Assembly: GCF_020745735.1 (NCBI RefSeq)
Contig: NC_083435.1
Location: 26,535,231-26,599,230, forward strand
DNA: 64,000 bases
Direction: 5' to 3'
DNA from: Hemiscyllium ocellatum
Taxonomy: Eukaryota
Below the pieces are notes generated by a model. That model was not told the DNA's origin, ran no database searches, and worked only from the letters and a program-made list of their open reading frames with translations. The position numbers were made by a program, and so were the translations under genes. This document shows positions 22,901 through 33,357 of this stretch, in pieces. The number at the start of each line of letters is the position of its first letter. The first letter of the stretch is position 1.

Positions 22901-25900
22901 CGACATCACATTAGTCATTGATTCTGGTGATCAAAAACAATTGTCTCCAAAGAAAAACATCCTCGCTTGTCCAACTACTCCTCATAATTCAGTCCCTTGT
23001 ATCATGGAAACGTCCTTCTGCATTCTTTCAAGTTTAATAACATCTTTTCTATTTAGTAAGGTGACCAAAACACAATATTCCAAGTGCTGCCTCACCAATG
23101 TCCTGTGCAACTGCAACATTATTTCCCAACTATACTCAATGCCCTGACTGATGAAAACTGGTGTGCTAAAAGATGCCTTCACTGTTCTGTCTACCTGTGA
23201 CTCAATTTTCAGAGAACTGTGGTCTCTCTGTTCCACAATAGTCCTTAAGCCCCTACCATTCACTTTGAAACCCCAACCTTGATTTGACTTTCCAAATCAC
23301 AAGACCTTACATCTATCTGCATTAAACTCCACTTGCCACTTCCCTAGCTGATCAAGGTCCTGCTGCAATTTTTGATAACCTTCCTAACTGTCCACGATAC
23401 CACCCATTTTAGTGTCATCTGCAAACTTACTAATCATACCTTGTATGTTCTCATCCAAATCATTGATACCAATAACAAACAGCAATGGGCCCAGCACTGA
23501 CCCCTGAGGCACACCATTAGTCTCAGGCCTCCAATCCGACAAACATCCTTCCATTATTACCCTTTGCTTCCTGCCATCAAGCCAGTTGTGTCTCCAATTT
23601 GCCAGCTTCCCCTGAATTCCATGTGATCTAACCTTCCAGGGCAGCCCACCGTGTGGAACCTTTTTAAAGGCCTAACTGAAATCCATTTAGATTATGTTCC
23701 TGGTCACTTCAACAAAGAATTCTAATAAATTTGTGAGGTATGATCTCCTACGCACAAAGCCATGCAGAATATTCCTAATCGAACCCTGTCTTTCCAAATA
23801 TGTGTATTTTATCTCTCCGAACCCTCTCAACTAACTTACCTACCACAGATATTAGGCTTACTAGTCCATAGTACCCAGGATTTTATTGCAGCCCGACACA
23901 ATATTCGCTACCCTCCACCTACCAGGACCTCACCCGAGGCTAACGGTTAGAAAGGAAATTTCTTTACAAAAAACCCGAGGATAGACTTTAATCTTGAGAG
24001 GGAGATTTAGCCTATCCTACCTCACCTTCAATTCTATCTTGAAGTTTGGTTAGACCACATGTCGAGAACTGCAGACAGTTCTAGTTGCCATGTGATGTAA
24101 AGGATATTGAGGCACTGGAGAGGGTGCTGAGAAGATTTACAATGTCAATATCAGAAATGTGTGAGTGTACGCATCAGGAAAGGATTGAGAGGCTTGATGT
24201 CTTCTCTCTTGAAAAATGGAGCCCAAACAGAGATCTTTACAAGGATGAATCATTTTGAAAGAGTGGGTGCAGAGGCAGTGTTTGGGGAAGAGCACAACTA
24301 AGGACCATCAACACAAGACAGTCACCAAATATTCCACAAGGAATTCCAGAGAAATATCTGCAGTCGGAGCATTAGGAGAATATGAAGCTCGCTGCTGCAG
24401 GGTGTGAGTTTGTCAGGATGTATTTAAGGGGAGTTTAGAAAGGAATAGGGAGTGATGGTAACAGATGTAGATGAGGAAGGGTGAGATGAGCAGCTTCACA
24501 TGACTAAATACAAGTGTATGCTGTTTGGATCAAATTGACTCACTGTATGCCGTGTATTCTGTATAACGCTGAATTTTTTTAAAAAACATTTTTTGTCTCT
24601 TTCTCTCTCTTCCTGCTTCACTTGGTTCTCTATCTATCTCTCACCTCTCTTTCTCTCTATCTCTGTCTGTTTGTCTCTCTCCCCCATTTTATTTCTCTCT
24701 CTGTCTCTGTCTCTCTGTCTGTCTGTCTATCTGTCTCTCTCTCTCTCTCTCTCTGGCAGTCCCAAAGTCTCACTCCCAGGTTCTTGTTACTGTCGGGATT
24801 GTATTTGGACTCCTCGGGATCATCTCTCTCGCTGTTGTAGCTGTCGTCGTTCACAAGAAGAAAGGTAGGAGTTTGTAAGAAAATGGTGGCTCCTCACTGG
24901 CAGTTCAGGGAATTAGAGAGTCTGGAAGCATATGGCCAGACGGTAGTGAAGGAAAAAGGAATATTGTGAGCTGTTTTGGGCCCCACATCTAAGGAAGGAT
25001 GTGCTGGTGTTGGAGGGAGCCCAGAGGAGATTTACAAGAATTATCTCAGGGTTGAAGAACTTGTCATATGAGCAGCTGTTGAGGACTGTGTGTGTACTGG
25101 ACGGAGTTTAAAATATCGAGGGGAAATCTCATTGAAAATTACACATTACTGAGAGGCCTGGCCAGAGTGGATGTGGAGAAGATGTAGGAGACACAAGGAC
25201 CCAAGGGAACAGCCTCAGTGTGATCTGAGGAGGAATTTCCTCAGCCAGATGGTGGTGACTCTGTGGAACTCTCTGTTTCCATACTGTACATCTCGATGAC
25301 TCTATAAGACCATGGAGGCCAAGACATTGAGTGTCTTTAAGACAGAGATATATAGATTTTTGATTGGTAAAGGGCTCAAGGGTTACGGTGAGAAGGCAGG
25401 AGAATGAGGTTGAGAAATATATCAACCACGATCGAATGGTGGAGCACACCCGATGAGATGAATGGCCTAATTCTGCTCCTATATCTTGTAGTCTCCAGTT
25501 CATTGTTTGGGTTCAGAAAGTTTGTGAGGAAGCTCTGTGTTTGGGAGTCAGTCTCAGGGTTAGTGATGGCTCAGGCATTCGGGAGAGGCCCTCCATTTGT
25601 GAAGGACGGTCAGAGATATGGTGCCCTGTTCCTCACGTTAGGCTGGAATGTCTGAGGGGTGAATGTCTCACATTGTGAGTGTCAGGTCAGACAGTTCAGA
25701 CTCGGGCTGGCTCTGAGTTCACTGTTGGGCATCAGCAGCTCAGGGCAATGTGGGTCGGAGAGGCTGACTCTGGATGGGAGTGAGGGTCTTCAGCATTTCC
25801 TCTGATTTCCTGACAGTATGTCAAACTGACTGAACATTCCTTGTTTTACAGGGGGAATGAAGAGCGGCTACAATCTCACAAACAGTAAGTTGATAACTCA

Positions 25901-26571
25901 AACATCTCAGCGTCTGTGTTAGTGTATGACAAGCTGTTCTTCCTGTTTCAAACAAAAACACAAACACAGTGATCTGAAACAGAGACAAAAGCAGTAATTG
26001 CTGGAGAAACTCAATAAGTTTGACAGCAGTTGTGGAGAGAAAAACACAGTTGACATTTTGAGTCCAGAGACGTTTTGTACTGGGAGTTCTGTGTGTGTGT
26101 TTCTGTGTGTGTGTGTGTTCGGGGGGTCAGGGTCACCAGATCTACAGCATTAATTCTGCTTTCTCTCTCCACAGATGCTGTGGGCCATGCTGAGATTCTC
26201 CAGCAATTTCTATTTTGTTCTCTGTCTGGTCTAGAATAGTCTATCTGTCTTTCATCCTCCTCTTGCTCTCGTGTGCTCTCTCTCTCATACACTCTTTCTT
26301 TTACATCTCGGGGTCATTTTCACTCTCACTCCTGTTCTCGCTCTCACTCATTTCTCTTCCTCATGCTTTCTTTCTTGTGAATTTCTCTCTAACACTTTCT
26401 CTCACACAAATGTTTCTCACTGTCTTGCACGCTGTCTCACAGTCGCATTTCTCACTCTCTTGTTTCTTGATCTCTCTCTTTCGCTCTGATAATGAGCAGT
26501 TTCTAATGCCTCTCTTTCCATTAACAGCTTCTGATGAAAGGACATCCTCAGACGATTCTGCCATTTCCTGA
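19952..26571 (+). CDS. MHC class I heavy-chain-like gene, copy B (complete, membrane-bound, non-classical), 342 aa
   Basis: Exons 19952-20000 (leader), 20402-20662 (alpha1), 20837-21109 (alpha2, C101 and C164 present), 21199-21462 (alpha3), 24760-24864 (VPKSHSQVLVTVGIVFGLLGIISLAVVAVVVHKKK, TM), 25852-25884 (33-nt GGMKSGYNLTN), 26528-26571 (TSDERTSSDDSAIS*). All junctions are GT-AG and phase 1; the joined CDS is 1029 nt and open. Confidence 0.92.
24595..24755. repeat. CT-rich low-complexity tract upstream of the TM exon (copy about 44630-44830)
   Basis: Imperfect (CT)n/(CTGT)n run ending at the exon 5 acceptor. Confidence 0.85.
24760..24864 (+). CDS. Connecting peptide/transmembrane exon (exon 5) of class I gene B
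   Basis: Follows a long CT-rich polypyrimidine tract and ggcag acceptor. Encodes a hydrophobic segment of about 23 aa followed by HKKK stop-transfer; donor gtagga. Confidence 0.9.
24920..25460 (+). mobile_element. Decayed CR1 3'-end fragment in intron 5 of B (copy about 45020-45540 in C)
   Basis: ttttgggccccacatctaaggaaggatgtgctggtgttggagggagcccagaggagatttacaag and cctcagccagatggtggtgactctgtggaactct resemble CR1 3' regions. Boundaries are approximate. Confidence 0.6.
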
Positions 26572-26622
26572 GGTATGAATATTGTTGGTCGATGTTGTGA
26601 GCAGACTATTCTAACTGGGATA

Positions 26623-26780
26623 TAGAACAACCTCAATTATCCGAACGAGATGGGCGGGGAGTATGTGGTTTGGATAACTGACCTGATCAAAAACAAACAA
26701 AGCATTGACAATACCTTGAGATCTTGTTTGGATAATCTGAAATTCAGATAATTGATGTCTGGATAACCGAGGTTATTCTA
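26623..26780. mobile_element. Tc1/mariner (Tigger/pogo-like) MITE, unit B
   Basis: TIRs tagaacaacctcaattatcc and ggataaccgaggttattcta (17/20 complementary), with TA TSD at 26621-26622 and 26781-26782. Confidence 0.7.
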
Positions 26781-28073
26781 TATTGGGGCTGCTTTTCGCT
26801 GTATGATCAGGAGGATGGACACTGAACTCAGACTCTCTCTCTCCCTGTGTGATCACTACAGACCAGCTCATGCAGTTTGACACTAAGCTTTCAGACTGTC
26901 CTTCTGGAGTTGGTTGACTTTGTCCTGGTCTCAGCCTCAATATATCGTCAAGAGGAGGGATTTATGCTATAGAAACATCTGGAAACCTGACATCCTGGAT
27001 GGGGCCTCTTGTCATCTGATTGACTCCTCTAAAGGAGTCAATACTCCTAGACTTCTCGCTATAGTTTGTTTCTGGAGTTCAGTTTTGCTCTCCCGGGATT
27101 CTGAATTGCTGTGATGTGGTGGGTGGAGTCTAGATCTGATGGAGGCCTCCGAGCAGGTCAAGAGACCAGACCATGTGGAGATAGAAAAGAACTATTTTGA
27201 CTGGCTGGGGTATCTCGGACTCGAATGTCAGTGTAGTTTAAAGTCAGATCTATTGAGGGTGAAACTAGGAAACACTTCCACACATACAGACTGGGAAATG
27301 GTTAGAACGCTCTCTTTCTCAGAAAGTAATTGATGCAAAATGAACTTCAGTGACTTAAAATCTATAAAACTCAAAACTAAGAGATGAATGGAAGCTATAT
27401 AAATGGATTGAGGCAACACACCAGCAAAGATCTGATTGAATAGTGGAACGGGATTGAGGGGCTAAATGGCCTCCTCATCTTCCATGTCCCTGTGGGTTTT
27501 GCTGGTCTTTAAGGAGTGGGTCTGAGGGGTTTTACTGATGTTTGGGGAATGGGCCTTTTGTGTTTCACTGCTGGTGTTTATTAGAGATGCTATCAAATGT
27601 GCTGGGTTTTCTGTGCTTTCTAACAGAGTTTTTTTTTCTCTTCCCCAGGTTCCTCTAATGTCCTTGCTGGAAACCAGGTTTCCATTGCTGGAATTGATCT
27701 TCTAATTTGTTCATCCTCAATTTCAGGAGTGATTTGAATTGTCAGTCTGGCTTAGTGAAATGTCTACATTTTGTTAATAATAGATTATTGAAATCTATTG
27801 GCAGATGTTGAAATGTGAATTCAGTCAAATTTAAAATGAAGAGACAGCTTAATGGTGATAATGTAATCTTTATTGTTTGTTGTTAAAAGCCATCTGGTTG
27901 GGGGGGATCCAAGATGGCGGTGACCCAGCAAAACTGAGTCCACAGTGCTCTACCCAAAACTTGGGCAAAGTGGGCTATCCACCCCCACCACACTCACTAA
28001 ACCATTTATAATATTTGTTAACCTTAAATAGTTACCTATTAGTACATTTAAATAGTCTAATACTAGCTGGAAA

Positions 28074-28937
28074 ATGAGTAAAGGGAAGGGAACAGGCGGC
28101 TCTAAGAAAGCAGGGACCCCTCCCCCACCCTCTCCCTCTTCAGCTGCAACAAAGGTGTCTTCAGCTACTTCAGGAGATTTACCAATGAAGATGAGCTTTG
28201 AGGAGATGTTTGCCAGGTGGGAGGCGAAGATTGATGCTTTTATCGATGAGTCTCGGCAGAGCAGAGAAGCACTATCAGCCGAGCTGCAGAAGCAGGGCAG
28301 AGACATTCAGGAATTGGAGTGCCGAGTCAGAGAGGTGGAGTCGAAGGCCGCAGCCTCAGAGACTGCGATAAAATCGGCAGCCGACCACATCCGTTTTCTC
28401 GAGAATCGAGTCCAGAACCTAGAAAACCACATTGATGACCTCGAAAATCGATGTCGTAGAAAAAATATTCGGTTGTTGGGCCTGCCTGAGCAGGAAGAGG
28501 GAGGTCAGCTGACAGCATTCTTAGAGCATTGGCTGCCACAACTTTTAAATCTGCATAATGGATCAGGCCAGGTAAGGGTAGAATGGGCCTACCGGGTCGC
28601 AGTACGTGGACCCGGTTCAACCCAGCGCCCACGCCCGGTCCTGTTCCAGCTGCAGAGCTATAGGGAGAGGCAGATGCTCCTGGAAGCCTCAAGAAATCTG
28701 GGAAAAGATCCCCAAGCTATGACCCACAAAGGATCCAGGATCATGCTGTTCCAGGACTTCTCCCCAGCTTTGGTCCGAAAGAGGAAGGCATTCGATGAGG
28801 CGAAGAAGCGTTTAAGGGACTTAAATATTCAGTACTCCTTACGATATCCAGCGACACTACGCCTTAGCCACGAAGGATCCATATATAACTTTGGATCACC
28901 GGAGAAGGCTAAGGAATTCTTGGACTCTCTTAAATAA
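28074..28937 (+). CDS. L1 ORF1 protein (coiled coil plus RRM/CTD-like RNA-binding protein), 287 aa
   Basis: Coiled-coil region followed by DDLENRCRRKNIRLLGLPE, ...RPRPV..., and FQDFSPALVRKRKAF...YSLRYPATL motifs typical of vertebrate L1 ORF1; intact frame inside the element. Confidence 0.9.
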   Translation: MSKGKGTGGSKKAGTPPPPSPSSAATKVSSATSGDLPMKMSFEEMFARWEAKIDAFIDESRQSREALSAELQKQGRDIQELECRVREVESKAAASETAIKSAADHIRFLENRVQNLENHIDDLENRCRRKNIRLLGLPEQEEGGQLTAFLEHWLPQLLNLHNGSGQVRVEWAYRVAVRGPGSTQRPRPVLFQLQSYRERQMLLEASRNLGKDPQAMTHKGSRIMLFQDFSPALVRKRKAFDEAKKRLRDLNIQYSLRYPATLRLSHEGSIYNFGSPEKAKEFLDSLK

Positions 28938-29557
28938 ACTGTAAGAGATTGTGGACGCTGGTCTGCCTTTCCCATTATTTTGGTTTACATCCCTTCATCT
29001 TTTCTTATCTTTCCCCTTATGTGTGTATGTATATATATATATATATGTTGGGGCGTTTGGTTAATGTTGATGGGGAGAGGTGCTTACCTTATTCTATTTT
29101 ACTTCTGTTTTTAGGAGCGGGGTTGTTTTTCTTTCCCCTGTTATTTTGTGGTATTATATTTAAGTATTACATGTTGAGATTGTAATCTTATAGTTATATA
29201 TGGTATTAATATTCCGAAATATATTTAGATGTGGGTGTGGGTGGGGTGTTCACTGTTAACTCTAGCTTTATATTATATTTGAATTCTCCTCATTTTATTG
29301 AGGAACACCTGGGTCAAGGGTGGGGCACTGGTTGGAAGAGGGTAAGATGGACTGTGGGAGAGGAAGTGACACTCCCTGGGAACAAGGGAGAAAATCTCCA
29401 ATTCGGAATGTTTTATATCTTTTATACTTAGAAAGAGTTTTTTGTTATATTGTTTTGAGTGTATCAGAGAGTCTTTACTTTTGTAAATCTTGTATGCTCC
29501 ATGCTCGGGATGTTCTAGATAGGGTTTCCCCTCTCGAGGGGTCTCGGATCTGTCCAG

Positions 29558-32500
29558 ATGATTATGGCTGAACAGTCGGTTAAGTGGTGCATCTGGAATG
29601 TCAGGGAGAGTAATTCGCCAGTTAAAAGGAAGAAAATATTATCAAATCTTAAGAAGGAGAGAGTTGATATAGCTCTCCTACAGGAGACACACCTGTCAGA
29701 TAAAGAACACTTAAAATTACGACAGGGCGGATTTGATCAGGCCTTTTTTTCCTCTTTTAATTCAAAAAGCAGGGGAGTCGTTATCCTTGTCCGGAAGAAC
29801 TTCCCTTTGAAAATTCTAAATCAGATAAAAGACGAATCTGGACGATATATTTTGATTAAAGCCCTCATAAATGGAGAGGAATATGGGATCTTAAATGTGT
29901 ACTGCCCCCCGGCACACCCCTTTAAATTCATAACGGAAGCTTTTTCAAAACTGATGGCCTTTGGTGCCCGTCATACAATTATAGGGGGAGACTTTAATTG
30001 TATTATGGATCCGGAAATAGACAGGATTCCCAAGAGTGCCGCTGGAGTATCTCCCAGATCTAGACAACTGGCGGACCTGAATAAAGAATTAGGATTGGTA
30101 GATGTATGGAGATGTCTCCATCCACAGGGTAGAGATTTTTCTTTCTACTCTAATCCACATAAATGTCACACAAGAATTGATATGTTTTTTGCCCCATCGA
30201 TTTTTCTAAATTCTATAGCAACCTGTAAAATAGGTACTATAGCAATCTCTGACCATGCCGCTGTATACATGGAAACTAAGGTAAAGAACAATGGGACATC
30301 CGCTCGGCATTGGCGTATGGACCCCTTCCTGATAAAAGATAGCAAATTTTTAAAGTACTTCTCCCAAGAACTTAAAACTTTTTTAGAAATTAATACTGGT
30401 ACGGCTAGCAATCCGTCAATGATGTGGGAGACCATCAAAGCTTATGCACGAGGTTTGATCATCTCCTATTCAGCGACCCAGAGGAAAATGAAGGGAGAGC
30501 AACAGCGTCTGCTCGAAGCTCGCCTAAAAGCAGCCGAAACAGCATACGCTGATAGACCTTCTATCACAAAATTGCAGAGGATTACAGCTCTTAGGACAGC
30601 TTTAAACACCGCGCTTACTCAAACGGCTAAAAGGGAAATATTATTTGCGAAACAAAGATTATATGAATATGGCGACAAACCGGGTAGATACTTAGCATTT
30701 CTTGCAAAGAAAAAGAAAGCCCCTCAAACTATTCCGACCATCAAGGAAAGTACAGGTACCCTGACTCATGATCATAAAAAGATCAATGTGACCTTTAAAG
30801 AATTTTATTCTGAACTATATAGATCGCAGGATTGTGAAGATAGGATTAGGAGGATGCAGTCATTTTTTAAAAATTTGACCTTCCCGGGCCTGACTCCGGA
30901 ACAGGTGTCGGCCCTAAATACCCCTTTAACAGTCCAAGAAATACTTGAGGCAATTAGGCAACTTCAGAGCGGAAAAGCACCGGGCCCGAATGGTTTTCAA
31001 GCTGAATTCTATAAAGAATTTACAGGAATATTGGTTGACCCACTTATGGATATGTATAATTTTGGCATAGTCAGGTCTGTCTCCCGCCCACGCTGAAAGA
31101 AGCAAATATTTCTCTTATCCTCAAAAAAGGAAAAGACCCAGAAGATTGTGCATCTTACAGACCAATATCCTTACTAAATGTAGACTTTAAAATTCTCTCA
31201 AAAATGTTAGCACTAAGACTAGAAAGGGTACTGCCATATATTATAAAGGAGGACCAGACGGGATTTATTAAGGGCCGCAGATCATCCAATAATATTAGAA
31301 GGGTCCAAGCCTGTCATCAGGGAAAGATACCAGGAGTAGTAATTTCATTGGATGCGGAAAAGGCATTTGATAGGGTTGAATGGTCATATTTATTTTACAC
31401 ATTGGAAAGGTTTGGCATTGGACAGGTGTTTACCAAATGGGTTTCAACATTGTATAATGACCCCAAAGCAGCTGTTATTACTAATGGGTTAAGATCGGAT
31501 GGCTTCAATGTGGGTAGAGGCTGCCGTCAAGGATGTCCTCTCTCACCATTGTTGTTTACACTGATAATCGAACCATTAGCAGAAGCCATCCGGACTGATC
31601 CTAATATAACGGCCCCGAGGATTGGTACAGGTAAACACAAAATTACCCTCTATGCAGATGACGTTCTCTTATTCCTCAGTAATCCTTTAATGTCAGTGCC
31701 TCGTCTAATTCAAGTTATTAATACATTTAGTGCATTCTCAGGCTATAAAATTAATTTTTCAAAATCGGAAGCCATGCCAATGGGTGGTCTGGCTATGATA
31801 CCCCACTTAATGGACGGATCCCCTTTTCCCTTCCGTTGGTCCCTGGAGGGCTTCTTATATTTAGGTATTTTTATCACGCCAGTATTTGATCAGCTGTATA
31901 GGGCTAATTTTGTACAATTAATGGAAAGAATAAGGCAGGGCCTCCAGCGATGGAGAGACCTTCCGACTTCCTGGCTAGGGAGAATAGCATTAATTAAAAT
32001 GAATGTTCTGCCCCGTCTCTTATATCCTATGAGAATGCTCCCGCTGATGCTGCCAAGGCTAGCCCTACGTAAATTATATGGCTGGTTGGGCTCCTTTATT
32101 TGGAACCATAGACGGCCCCTTATTAAGCTGAAGAAGCTACAGCTTCCACAGGCAAGGGGAGGACTGGACTTCCCAGACTTTAGGAAATATCAGTTAAGCT
32201 CCCTACTAAGTTACATAGCTGATTGGGTTTCATCTGATCCACAATCAATTTGGCTGGATATCGAAGCCTCCCAAGTAAAATACCCACTTATTAACCTTTT
32301 ATTTTCAGATAAGAGGAAAATCATTACAGACCACTGTAAAAATCCCATAATATTAAACACAATTAAGGCCTGGAATATAATGCGGCAAAATGAGGGTAAC
32401 TCACATAAAACATCCCCCCATGCACCAATAGTAGGCGCATGGGGATTCCAACCGGGGATTACAGATGCCACCTTTAAACTCTGGAGATCCAGGGGCATCT

Positions 32501-33357
32501 CATGCTTAGGGGACCTATTTAAAGATGGGATCCTGATGTCCTTTGAGCAGCTGCGTCTGAAATTCGGAATACCTAATGGGGATCTCTTTCGATACTTCCA
32601 AGTTCGAGATTATATACAGAGGAAGACTACATTAACAGATAGTCTTTATAAATCAGACAGGGAACGTAATGTCTTACGACCAGCGGGGGCATCCTCCGTT
32701 AGTACTATATACCATTTGCTACATGAAGGAGTCTCAGGAGACATGGATGACCTGCTTAAAACATTGTAGCAGGACTTGGGGCTAGAAATCTCTGAGGATA
32801 TGTGGAATGACATTTGGGAAAATGCTAGAAGAATTGCTATCTGTAACAGAACTCAGGCTATCCAACTAAAGATACTTCATAGGGCCCATATAGCACCGGC
32901 TCGACTGGCAAAATTTAAGGCAGGAGCATCTCCAATGTGTCCCAAATGCAAAATAGAGGTGGGTACTCTTGCACATTGTCTGTGGACTTGTCAGAAAATC
33001 CGCAGATACTGGACTAAAGTGGCAAATACCCTGACAGAAATTTTAGGAACGGAAATTAGGGTGGACCCTGTATCTCTCCTTTTGGGCTTTTCGAACCTCT
33101 CATCTCTGGATATGCATGGGAAGAGACTATTTTCTATTCTCTCTTTCTGTGCAAGGAAAAATATTTTGGTGAACTGGGTGGCTGAGGGCCCCCCTGGACT
33201 TTCAAATTGGCACAGATTAATTATGGAATATATCCCCCTTGACTTCCTCACAAATATGGTGCATCGAAAGACTGAATTATTTTATAAAATATGGCAGCCC
33301 TTTTTGAATTATATAAATGCAGATATTTCGGCTATCCTAACAAGGGCTTTTATTTAG
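29558..33357 (+). pseudogene. L1 ORF2 (AP endonuclease, reverse transcriptase, CCHC), interrupted
   Basis: Endonuclease motifs WNVR, LQETH, GGDFN, SDH; RT motifs SLDAEKAFDRVEW, RQGCPLSPLLF, YADD; C-terminal CPKC..HCLWTC. Split by a 1-nt frameshift near 31055-31075 (YRPISLLNVDFKILSK lies in the next frame) and an in-frame TAG at 32767-32769. Confidence 0.92.

Larger units (their letters stand above)
12376..26810 (+). repeat. Tandem gene unit B
   Basis: Colinear with unit A, plus the retained TM/exon 6 region. Confidence 0.9.

Noticed and set aside
31280-31320. Possible short in-frame deletion in L1 RT (NNIRRVQACHQ looks shortened)
   Set aside because: Cannot be established without the family consensus.
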